From Podarcis filfolensis (taxonomy: Eukaryota), in assembly GCA_964270895.1 (NCBI GenBank), contig OZ185436.1: a DNA stretch of 64,000 nt; one strand, written 5' to 3'. The notes below the pieces were generated by a model, which was given only the letters and a program-made list of their open reading frames with translations, was not told the DNA's origin and did no database searches. Within the stretch, counting starts at the first letter, position 1; each line of letters opens with the position of its first letter. Position numbers and translations under genes: made by a program. Shown in pieces: positions 51,544 through 63,544 of this stretch.

Positions 51544-53183
51544 GCCTAGGTTAACCAGAATGTTTTGAATTTATGGAAATAGCAAAAATTATGGAGGTGC
51601 CTCTAGGAAAGAAAGCAGCAAGATTTCAGGAGGCTGGATGTAGTGGTTAGGAAGTAACGGTGAATGGGACTAAAGGTCACACAAGCGACTCATAATGCTG
51701 ATTTGAGAGGAACAAATGTGGCACAAGGGCAAAAGGACTTGAATGTCCAGCATTTTAAAGACAAGCAGTACTTGCAAAGAACACAGAATAGACAAGAACA
51801 AGATGATATGTCACTTCAAGAACATTTCCACGAAGCATGGGGATTGCAGAGATTTTGATAAAGAGCTAGATGGTCACCTCTTCACACCACCATGATGTTT
51901 GCCTAATAGGGCGATTTTTACCAGCACACCTTTTGTATAGATTTTGAAACATCTGAATTGGCCTGAATCACTTTAGAGGTCCCCAACTTCAGTTCCGGTG
52001 CTTTGGAGAGATCCCCCTTCAGCTCAGACAAGCCTGAAATTTGTCCAAAGTGCCCCCACCTTTGGGGGGGATCTGTCTGAATCTGCTGCACATGCCTGTC
52101 CTTTACAGGTCATTGGGTCTGACTCCCAGGTAAATGAAAGCCACTGCAGAGATCTCTGTGGAGGCTAAAGCGAGACTTAGGCTGCAGTCCCCAAATCTCC
52201 CAAGTTAATAGAAGTTTTGTCATTCTTTTTATGCATTTCAGTGCAGGTGCTGCTCCAATTTAAATGCGGCATTAGCAAAGTTGAAGGCAACTATTTTATA
52301 GATTTCACCAAACTATTTCATTAGAAACGCAACTGCATTTGTCCACTTGTTTCTTTCTAAAACAAATTAAGTTGTTTTGCCAACTCACTTAGGTCATTAG
52401 CACGGTCTTTCAGCAGCTTTGGTTGCCTTGGTTCCAATCCATTAATTTAAAACTGTGGCTTCAGTGAGATTCTCATTTGTGACTTAATGCTTTTATTTTA
52501 TCCAAGAAAGTCCTTTGTCTCATTCTGCAGTGAACCCTGCTGCTTTAACCCTGACCGGAGGTTTTGTTTCACTTAGCTGGCAACAGAGCTCAGGTTCTGT
52601 CATTCACACACACATTTCTTTTAAAACCCTGTTGCATGCCTTCCTCATTTAGTGAATTACTGTATTCTCAGGAGGCTATTTCAGGAGCAGAAAGTGCTCT
52701 ATTTGTGTTCAATTTGGGGAATAAGCAGAATGGTTGCTCGTCTTTAATTCCTGGATTCTTCATCTGCCCCCACTGGGATAAGGAAGGGTGGGTCAGGTCA
52801 CTGCCGTCATATTTAAAAGGTATTAACTGCTCTCAGGAGGTATAAAACTGTTCTGTTCGTGCTTGTTCCCTCAACCCTCTTGGAAATTCCAAGAATCTGT
52901 CACCACCCTGATAATTCGGAGCGGGGAGGTGGGGAGAAGATGGTGGAGGGGTTTCGTGTGCAAGATAAAAATAAATTTTCAGTCAAGTTTTTGGCATGCT
53001 TCTGCTTGTATTATTTTCACTGACAGTACTCTAACGCAACCACACACAGACTCCCAGGTAAATGTTTATAGGATTGCAGCCTTAATTTTTGTAGGTTAAT
53101 AGAAGGCTGAACTCCATCTGCAACGCACTGTACAAGAAACAAAACAAAACAAAAAACCCTACTTCAAAGGGTATTTGAACATG

Positions 53184-56100
53184 TAATGAAAAAGCAGGTT
53201 TTTATTATGTCATTTTGTCCATTATTCAGCATTGCTGTAAATGGCTTACATTTACTGCAACTTCTGTACAGACGTGTGGCTTTGAATTTAATAGAACAGC
53301 AAAATTTAAAATGAAAAATAAATGCTCAACAGTTCCACACAAGATTTTACAATCCAACATTTCACTGTGTAGGTGAAAAGACATGGTTACTACAGAGTTA
53401 TTCGGCATGAATAAAAAACTACAACTTTTTATTTTTAAACAGGAGTCACTTGTTTTAATTTTTTTTTACACTGTTTAAAATTACTGTGATAAAAATAACA
53501 AAAAAAGCTTTTTAATAATGCCATACACCAGCATAATATAGGATTTGTCCCCATTATATATCTTTTGTATAATATACAAAATAGAACGTTGACACACTAT
53601 TGAATCCGTGCTATTAAGCCTGGGCTTGTATGGTTTTGGGGGGTTGGGGAGGAAGGAGGCTATTTTCACACACGCAGCCTTTTTACCAGCAAACAAAAGC
53701 CTCAAAAAGGGCCCTTCAGTGTTTTCCAATAATATGAGGCTCTATTTCTTGCTTGAAAGTACGGTTCCTACATTGACAGCAGTAGCATAAAAATGTGTGT
53801 ACATTCAGGGCAATTGTGCCCAATTGGTTTTAATATTGACCAGGCAGTGGTGGATGAGGCTCAATTCTGAAAGAGGCTGGAGACTCTGGTCCCTTTCCAC
53901 AAAGTACTTAAGCACATACTTTATCTTGCAGTGGGTTCAAAACCCCAGGGCCTTGCCACCCATTCCTCGGATGTCTCAACCCTCCTACACTTGAGGGGCC
54001 AGAACTGGCCCCATGGGCTAGTCAAAACATGCAAAAGTTTTCCCCTCCCCTGACATCGATTTCATTTGCCATGCATTTGCTGAAAATAGTGGGAGCCTGT
54101 TGTTCTGTGATGTCCAAATACCACCCCATGTTTCTATGGGCGTTCCAAAAGGATTCGCTGACATGTCATGCAGGGCATAAACAGCCCCATCATGATAAAA
54201 GCTTTGTGTAAACACCACAACAGCAACTTAGTGCTGATGCAACAGTAAAGCTAAGGAGGCATTAACTACCCAAGTTAATTTTAAAATTTTAACTCTTATG
54301 TCCAAAAGCTTACACAGCACCAGGGAAAGCATTTGTGTAACAGTATGCCAGGTAGGTTCTATAAAAGTTCTCGGGCTTCTGCTTGATGAAGCGGAAGAAC
54401 GTCTTTGGATTTATTTTCACTTTACTTTGGCACTAAAGTATATAACACTACTTGTCAACAGAAGACACCTTCTGCAGACACAACTGTAGCTCTGGACCCA
54501 GCTTTTCTGTTGGAGCGGGGCGGGGGGGGGATGCATCTCTCAAAGGAGATGTTAAAAGCTGTAGAAATTACAGACCTCCCCACCCCACCAGCTACCACCC
54601 ACCTGTACATTTAATATGGTTTTGTAAATAGTACTTAATTTTTTTAAAAAACTAAAACAGGTTCTGCCTGACAGCATTTGATTTAACTCATTCTTTGCAA
54701 GTGTAGAAGGGTTAAGTTCTTTGCATAATCAGCATCGGAATACACACCAGGTTGAAGAATTAAGGCCCCACTGAGTTTCTGCATGCTGAACAAAATGAAG
54801 ATGTGCTATCCTATCTCGTGAGCCTGCATATTTGTAATCGCTCCACATGATGTGCGTATATGAATATGGTAAATGGGACTAGCCTCGGTTCTCAGTTCTC
54901 CACCGTCTGCTTTCTTCCCACCTCTGTTCCTAAGACGCTGTTATTTTGTCAAGTTAAGTGGCTGTGTATCTAAAGGTAGGCTGGCACTTGTTCCCCCAGT
55001 TGTGCGCACTTTCTCAGCCTCTGCTGTTTTCAAGGAAACTCAATGCTGTATTTTTGGTTTAATACGGTACGGCTGGCAAGATTGGCAAACCAATCCTAAG
55101 CACATTTGCCTGGAAGTCAGTCCCAAAGATTTTATAGGACTTACTTCGAAGTAAGTGTGCTCAGGCTTAAGGCTAAGGCTAAGTTATTTTAGTGGTGTAT
55201 AAGTGATAAAATTTCCTCTCTCCGCTTGCATGCCCTAACATATCCTATGAAAGGCCATTCCTATTAGTTTCCAAGTGCAATTCTAACATACAGCATGCAT
55301 ATCTGGGGCTACCCATGTTATTTCTGTTAGCATGTTGTGGCAAGGCACTGAAGAGACAGAAGTCAGAATATTCCCTGCTTTATTTGAAGTGCTGATTTTC
55401 CCCAGCATGAAAAAGACTAGCCAGACAAGAAACAACATACCTTTTGCTGATGCTTATGTACTTTAAATGGCTTGTACTTATATTCTTAACAGCACATTTA
55501 AATTGAAAGTTCTTTTCCAGAATCAGCATTTTTAAAAAGTGAAATCAAAGTCCAAAAACTGAGCAAAAATACATGAAATCAAAAGAATTAGAGCCTCTTT
55601 TCCACCGCTGAAGTACTTGTTTGCACATAGTCATAATATTGATTTCTGTATACCTCACTTGTATAGGTAAACCACCACAAATACGTTGTCCATGGATGCA
55701 GTGCTAGCTTCCTTAAACTTGGACTAAAATGTTTACTACACATCAGTTCCCAAGTTCAACTTTCCAATTTTTCCTTTGAAATAAAGACAGGGTGTCATGA
55801 TTTATCTTTTCAGGAACCTTTTTGAAACCAAATACTTGAGTCTCTTAGCATTAACTAAAATCAGGCAGAATACACGTTTTCATCCCAATGGTTTGCAAAC
55901 TAATGTTAAAATACTCTCTGAAGCTTAGATTAACTGTTAAAACATACATACTTTAAAGAGCTTATTCAAGAAGAGAGACAGGTTTCTTACCTGTTTCTGG
56001 TATCCTTTGAGTGGTCATCTGTGCATAACACAACTGTATTCTATGCAGAACATGTTTAGAACCTTCTAGAGCCCTAGCCAGGGAGCTGGTGCTCCTGTGG

Positions 56101-59100
56101 AAAAGTTCACAGAGAGAAACGCAGGCAGCACATTCTCAAGGAGGTGGTGCTTGCCCTATCCCCCCCTCCCCTCCCCTCCCCACCCCAGATAATTGCAAAG
56201 AGGCTCACAGCACCAGAGGACGAGTTACTTGACAAAAGCTCTGTAAGGTTCTCAAGATGCTATGCATAGGTGCAGCACCCAATTGTGGGACTGCACAGAG
56301 ATCAAAAAGAATGATTACTGTTATTAAAAGGTAGTATTTTACTTGAAAGTAGCTGGGGATTTCCATTTATAAGCTTAACGTTTGTTGTTGGTGTTTTGTT
56401 TTGTTTTTTAAAAAAAAGATTTAAAAACAGATAGTTCAGGTAAAACTCCTATTTTACCAGGAACATTTTTGTTGAATAATTAGAAATGTATTTAGTAGAC
56501 GGCGAACAACCTATGCTCTATTATTTACATATTGCTGGTACCTGTATGCATTTTAACTGCCAAATTTGTCTCACTGTTTTGCGGTGCTCTGTGAGGCTAT
56601 ATGTGAAAGTAACCCCATACATAGAGAAGTGTGGACATACGAACACACTACTTTATTTTTTGGGGGGTGGGATAGGGGGAAGGGTCAAATAAACCTGCAC
56701 ATCTGCTGCAGGTTTAGTCCTGGAATGTGAGGGGACCAAGCGCACGGGCTGGGCAATTAAATTCAACCTCCAGCTCCCGTGTTTTTCTTACAGCGGACTA
56801 ATGGATTTAGGTTTCAGCCCGAGGAACTCCCACCGAATATGGGTAAGTGCCTTTAAAACAAAAAGGAAAGCAAAAGGAAAAGGATAAAAACAAACAAACG
56901 ATAGAAACACACCAAGTAAAACTAGAGTACCTCTTTAGATACTTCAGAACAATGCTGCCAGGATTAATACTTCCAGACAAACCACAATTTGTATGGGTTA
57001 CCATTTAACACATTTGTGACCCCTAGAAAAAATATATCACATGTCATGATAAAGCAATCTGTCATCTAAAAACCATTCTTATGATACACTATACAAGCTA
57101 TTTTACAATAATTTTATAAATTGCTTTTAAAGCTGTAGTAGCCCTTCCTTCCTTTTCAAACTCTACCAAATGATATCTATTTGAAAATATAACTAAAAAA
57201 ATATTAGTAGCATATTATATTTTGATTGTTAACTCCTGTTAAGTAATTAAACCCCCATTAATTTCTTTTTACAGAAATATCCAGGCCACTTTGAACAAAA
57301 ATATTTTTTCTTTCTTTCTTTCGAGTGGCGTAGCATTTACAATTTTCTGAGAATTCCTAAGGTGCTCAGAGGATAGGCTACTACAGCTTGCAAATTGTTT
57401 TAAAATATAAATCAATGATGACAAGGAAAAATTCACAAGACTTACATGGTTGTAAATTCACAAGACTTATATGGTGGTTGTTTTTATGGCACACTAGTAG
57501 TTTGATGCAGAAGGGTTGGGAGACGTACAGAGACAAAGCTCTAGTCTACACCACTAAATCAGTAGCGGAATTTTCGTGTTCTCCAGGAAACAAGATAGGA
57601 TTGTTTGGGTGACGAATGAAGTGAAAATGGGTGTGTAACAACACAAGTTTAGGGTTTTTATTTTCCAGAAGAGATTTGTTTCTTTCTGTAGTTTGGTCTA
57701 TTTTATTTTCTGCATAAAGGTAAAAATCTTACTTGAAGTAAAATCTTTTAAGAATCATTATAATACTAAACATAATATATACTGGGCATAATTACATTTA
57801 TTTTTGTAATTCAATGATATTTATGTATATGTATTTATATAAAGTATGTATACGTGTACGTATATACACATATAGAGTTCCTGACTACTGAAGTCAACAG
57901 AAATTAACCATCAACTTAAAATAGAGTCAAGATTTTGCCCAATCCAGGGAGTGATCCACAAGCAGAAACTGGCTTCTTTCTACTCATTGTTCTGCTTTAC
58001 TGGGGTTCAAAAAGCTGCTGCAAAGGTAGGCTCGGGTGTGTGTGTTCAGGACTCGGGGCACTACTGCACTGGTGAGGCATGAGCTGCAGTACTATCATCT
58101 CGTAAGGCAGCCTTGCCATCCTCCAACCCCTTCCCCATAGGTTATAAGAAGTGGCAGTGCCAATCACATCTTCGGTTGGAGGGAGCAGATTCTCTGGAAT
58201 GGCAACACTGGCTGTAATCCAACAATTCTGAGAAACCCAAGGAGGCAATTGCACAGCTTTGCACTTGTGGGAAAAAAAGATGAACTGATCATCAATATTG
58301 TCCTCCAAATAATTTAAAAAAGCACAGGTTTTGCTACTTCTCAGTTATGTCCAAGGAGAACAGTAGACATGCCAATTTTGGTGCACATCAGTTTTGTTCT
58401 GCGTTATGACAGCTGCTCTGGATTGTGGCCACTGTATATATAATATACACTGATGCACACAGAAGTATACACTCATATGGCAATAGACTGAGTATGGAAA
58501 AAGTTTATTTTTCCATGTAGAAGTAAACTTTTAAAGAATTATGCATATTTTCCTGAAGGTTTCCTGATGGGCAGTCAAGACTGATGTTTTTACTGTCAAT
58601 CCAGCCCAAGAATCTTACAATTATGGCTATCACATTAAATGTAAATATCTAGTATGCTTTGTTTTAAAAAAAAAGTTTCTGTTGACAAACCTGTTTAAGA
58701 CAGAGCTAGTTTGCAAGTAGCTCACAGAATCTTTGACCAATATCAAAACTATGCATGTCCAGTGTTCAGGTTAGATTTGGATTACATTTCAATCCCGCCC
58801 ACCCCACCCCCGCCACTGAAGAAAGCTGATTTTTATAGGCCAAATTTAAAAGGTGACATCTAAAAGGTGACTATGACAGTCTTGATCAGGTTAGAAAAGT
58901 CAACCTATATTCACATGAGTATACTTAAAAGATTAATATCTAGAGGTCATTAAGCTATGAGCTGCCCCACTTTAAAAAAACAGCTGTACAATAGGCATCT
59001 TGACGTTTTACAAAAATTATGTAAGAAAAAATGAGCAAGCTTAGTTCACTGTATATAAAGTTAAAGGAAATTGCTAAAACCAGACAGTAATAGCTATAAA

Positions 59101-59560
59101 AGGCACAACTTCCCTTTTCCGATATACAGTTGTAAACTTTCTTCATGTTACATGCATAAATCAAAATGCTACCTTAACTATACAAAAAATCTATACCAAA
59201 ACAAAAACCTAGAAAATTTTATCCAGCCAACTGCAGAAATTCCTAGCAGAATGTTGACAATGTAGATTCTGAACTTGACACTGCTGTTTTGGTATATCCT
59301 ATCCTGTGAATATGATGGTGTTTCTGGAGGGAAAATCCCAAATCATATTTCCTTCTTCCTGTAATCATTCAGTTTGAGGCATCTGCTTCTGAAACCTAGG
59401 TCTTGGCCCTCTGTAAACCACATGTAGTGCATAATTACAAAACAAAAACAAGAACACCCAATATAGTTGCAAGGACAAAATTAACAAGTCTTTTAGTTTG
59501 TAAAAAAGAAGCTATAATTGACTTTTTTTTCCTTAAGGCATTATTTCTGTATTAAGGCAG
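53184..59560 (-). other. NR3C1: NR3C1 long 3'UTR (~6.4 kb)
   Basis: Lies between the stop codon and the distal PAS. Several blocks (53184-53610, 56500-56620, 57010-57160, 57340-57400, 58960-59140, 59390-59560) resemble the human NR3C1 UTR as recalled. I saw no obvious transposon inside. Confidence 0.8.
53201..53206 (-). terminator. NR3C1: NR3C1 distal polyadenylation signal (AATAAA on -), cleavage near 53184
   Basis: Minus strand reads cataataaaaacctgctttttcatta, matching my recollection of the human NR3C1 mRNA end (CATAATAAAAAAATCTGCTTTTTCATTA). Confidence 0.8.
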
Positions 59561-59713
59561 TCACTTCTGATGAAATAGGAGTTTCTTGATATTCCCATTT
59601 GAATATTTTGGTAACTGATTGCTGATGATTTCTGCCAACATTTCTGGAAATTCAATACTCATGGATTTATCCAAAAACGTTTGGAAGCAAAAGCTTAGAA
59701 GATTCTCAACCAC
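59561..59713 (-). CDS. NR3C1: Glucocorticoid receptor exon 9 (alpha), LBD helices 11-12/AF-2 and stop
   Basis: Acceptor atcatttgcag. Encodes [50 protein letters not shown] (50 aa, same length as human 728-777). Confidence 0.98.
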   Translation of the reverse strand: MVENLLSFCFQTFLDKSMSIEFPEMLAEIISNQLPKYSNGNIKKLLFHQK

Positions 59714-60190
59714 CTGCAAATGATAAGAGAATAATTTCTTAAAGGAAGCCTGAATTATCAATACAGTGTAGCATATATAAAATGCTGCAAGACGTTAAAT
59801 ATATCACAGCACAAATTAAAACTGGCAAAAGAACGCTGGCTTAAATCAGATTTCAGAGCTGCTTATGAGTAAAACTCTTGTTATAAAAATCCACAATGAA
59901 ATACTGACATATAAAATGCCGTCAGGATTCTTCCCACAGGGCAGTTGGTGGCAGAGTGGCCCTGTGAGGGACGCACTGATGTCTTCTTTGCCTGCATCCC
60001 TACTCACTGTAATACTTTACAATCAATGGCCTAGAAGGGGCAGTGGGAGTCCAGAAAGGTACCTTTCTGAAGAACCTTAGCTTTACAATCAGGAAAGCTG
60101 TGCCTAGATGGCTTTTTCATTGGCCAGGTTTCATCCACATTGGTACTATCCTCAAATTGCACAGAATCAATGTATGGAAGCAAAACTTAC

Positions 60191-60348
60191 ATCATGCATG
60201 GAGTCCAAAAGTTTTGTCAGTTGATAAAATCGCTGCCAGTTCTGGCTCGAGTTTCCCTCTCTCTTCACTATAGCTTTCCCCAGTTCTTTGATGTAGGTCA
60301 TACGAATTTCATCAAACAGAGCCTGACTCCTCAAGCCCTCCTTAGGAA
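60191..60348 (-). CDS. NR3C1: Glucocorticoid receptor exon 8 (158 bp)
   Basis: Acceptor tatttcag and donor GAT|gtaagt. Encodes (I)[52 protein letters not shown]. Confidence 0.98.
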
Positions 60349-61270
60349 CTGAAATATGGAGATTAGTTTTTAGATCACCTGAGTTTGTAAGCGTCCTACA
60401 ACAGGATGTTTCTATTTACCGTAAACCAAGACAAGAGAAGTTAGAATCATGGTTTTAAATTGTGGATATTTATGCAGACAGTTGCAGAGAGTTCAGAGTT
60501 TCTGCATAAAATAAGTATTGTGAATAACACCATTAAAAGGCCGTTTTGGTTTTGCAGTCTAAGACAGTATGTAACACAAGGAAAATCAGTACCCACACTT
60601 GTGCACAAACCTCTCAAATTATAGGAAATTCTAAGTGACCTTGTCCATAGACATAGTATGGTTGTAAGATTTTGCACTATGGAGATTAATGTTTCCTGGA
60701 TTCATCCATCAACCATGTCTCCAAATGGTTGTATTTCCAGGAAGAAATAAATGGCTATTGATTCTGTTTATTCTTCTAGTGTACCTAGAAAAATAAAACT
60801 CCCTTCTACTGAAAAAGCTTCTGCAAATTTCTCCTCCACAGGACACTACTGGGCTTTGATCATACCAGAGACTCATACCTATTATCAGAGTCGACTTAAG
60901 TCTGAACAGAGCTTCCTTGTCCAAGCATTTATGTGCAAACTGCCACTTTCATCAGCTCTCCAGCTACCACAAAGCTTGAACCCGTTTAAGAATTGAACAT
61001 TTTAGTTATTTCTGGTGGCAAAATCGGTTTGGTCCAATAGATATTGTGACAAATTGTTAATTTCAAAATAATTTCAACATGCTTTTTTGGACTATCATTT
61101 ATGAGGTACACAAATGCTGACCCAAGACTGACAAAATGTGGGGGCCACAGAACTCTCTAATAAACTGGATCTGAGAGTTCTAAATTCAGTTCCCAGATCA
61201 GTGTTGAAGGAGAACTCTTTAAAAAGTGGTTTTGTTTTTTAAAAAAGAGGAATCACCAATGTTCACGTAC

Positions 61271-61401
61271 TTGTAGAGAGAAGCAGCAAGGTTTTCATGC
61301 AGAGATATTCCTCGTATGAAACTTGAAGACGTGCTAACTCATTAGTAACCATCAGCAAACGCTTGCATTGTTCATACATACAGGGTAAATTCATTCTCTG
61401 C
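61271..61401 (-). CDS. NR3C1: Glucocorticoid receptor exon 7 (131 bp)
   Basis: Acceptor ctcctcag and donor A|gtacgt. Encodes [43 protein letters not shown]. Exon 6 was not found inside the window. Confidence 0.97.
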
Positions 61402-61734
61402 CTGAGGAGTAAATAGAATATACACATCTGAATCAGTACAAAAGAAATTACTTTGTACCTTGTTTACCAGTAAGGAGATGCCTCTATTTACATGAATTCC
61501 AGAAATTATAGGCTGGTAAGATATGCATACTTTTCCAAATGAAGTCACAAAGCAATGCCTTTAAATAAACTGCAGTTTTAATACTATTGTGAAAGGTTTA
61601 CTCATAATAGTAAAATGGTATTTTATCATGAAGGGTAAAATAGATATACAGCAGAAAGGTCAGAAGGAAAATTCTGTAAATAAGTATACAATTGTTTCCT
61701 TTTAAAACTTATTGCACTTATGGATTCTCCTATA

Positions 61735-61958
61735 CAGTGAACGTGATCCGTGAGGGATGCATGTTCGCAACCTGCAGCGGCGCATCTGCTGGTTGTGATT
61801 TCGTGTGCATGCGCAAAGCGCGATTTAGTGCTTCTGTGCATGCGCGACCCCCAGAAGTACCCCTTTCAGTACTTCCGGGTTTCGGCAGGTCCGTAAACCA
61901 AAAAACAAAACAAACAAAAATCCGCAGCCTGAAGCGTGTGTAACCCGAGGTATGACTG
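61735..61958. mobile_element. Tigger/mariner-like MITE, left end partly deleted, in NR3C1 intron 6
   Basis: Begins ta|cagt, is a CpG-rich island in AT-rich intron, and ends aacccgaggtatgactg (TIR-like). Confidence 0.6.
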
Positions 61959-63544
61959 TTTTCCATGCTTTACAAATCATCTAGACATAAGTTATTAACA
62001 AGGCAACACAATAAATAAAACAACTAGACTTGTAGCCATAGATGACCAGGAAGGAATTCCATACCGATGACAGAGTGGGTTGGCAGAGGAGGAACAAAAC
62101 CCTCTACTCCTTCTCTGACAATCCATGGGATTGGGGATGGCTTTGAAGGAAGGAAGCCAGTTTATTAGCACTTTCCCTGATCTACTAGCCTGTTGAGAAG
62201 ATATTTGAATTTCCAGTCTGGCCACAAAGGAAGGTGGGTTACTAATGTAAGCGTCTCCCCTTTTTCTTTAGAGAAAGTTTAAGCCAATTCTTAGGACTTT
62301 ATTTCACCTTATTAAATGTTTGGGCGGGATATTTTATATACTGGTATTTACTGATAAAATACTGATATTTTTTAATGGCTAAGAAAACAGCAAGATCAGT
62401 TCAATTTTAGAACTGCGTTTGTTGAATTAATATTGCTTTTTTCTATTTTCAAATTTATATCCCTTTTGCACTTTGACAAAAGGGTGTAGCAGAAAGGCCC
62501 ACACCCTGTGATATGTTTCTGCTTGAAGAGGATGTGGGGCGTAGCTTTGAGGCTCAAGATGCGCTAAGCTGTAGGTCATATTTTAGATGCTTTGAAAGCC
62601 TGCAATTTTAGAATCCTGTATCATTACCTGCCACAATTATCATGCAGTACACACTTTATGTGAGAGCTAGTATAACTCCTCCCCAATACAAATGAACAGG
62701 GAGAGGTACTAGCACTTCCAAAACATGGGGGTGATATCCATCCCTGTTAAACTGTTCTCACTATACCTTTCCTTGGTTCAATCCACCCAAAGCTGTTCAG
62801 ACCATTGAAGATCCTATCAGCCACAATGGCTAAATAGAACCTCTTTGTTCAGAGACAGCACACCTATGAATACCAGGTGCCAGTGACATCAACTGCCATA
62901 ATGCCTTGCTTGTAAGTTGCCCAGAGGCAATTTTCTGGTCACTATTGGAAATAGACTGCTGGAGTAGATGGAGACAAGTAACTTGCATTGAACTTATTTA
63001 GTAGTCTTGGGCAGTTACTTATTTCAGCATAGCTCAGCTGTTTGGAGCATGGTGCTGATAACAGCAATGTTGCTTATTCAACCTGTGTATGGGACAGCTT
63101 CATATATCTGCATTGCAGGGGGTTGGACTAGATCCCTTGCAACTCCAAAATTCTTTGACTCTGTGACCCCACATTTGCTGCTGCAACGTAGGAAGAAGAA
63201 TGTGACAGGAGCTGCTATGACCTCCTGATCCTGGGCACATTTTCTGGCTCTGCTCTCAGGTTTGGTTTGAGGAGGACTTGCTATTTGTTCCAAGGCTGCC
63301 AGAACCTGAACAAACATCAGGTGCAGGGAGCTGGACCTTGCACAGTCCCTTGTAAATGGCATTATGTTTGCAAACCACCTTGAATGATATCCTGCCTTTC
63401 CACCTTTAGGCAATCTTTTAAAATCAAATCAGTCAACCAGCCAACTCAACACTAAAAGCAGAGGAAGAAGTAATTTGCTGAAGGTTCCATCTAAGCCCCA
63501 AACACAAAAGTTCCAACTACTGGCCCAACATACGTCGCACTGCT

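Noticed and set aside
55850-56070. Homologue of human exon 9-beta (NVMWLKPESTSHTLI)
   Set aside because: Weak upstream similarity only. I could not find a matching acceptor or peptide on the minus strand.
599-63413. The ~200 short ORFs of the six-frame track as independent genes
   Set aside because: They have no recognisable domains or splice-consistent structure. Apart from those overlapping ARHGAP26 and NR3C1 exons or the Bov-B and L2 remnants, they are what chance produces in intron and intergenic DNA.
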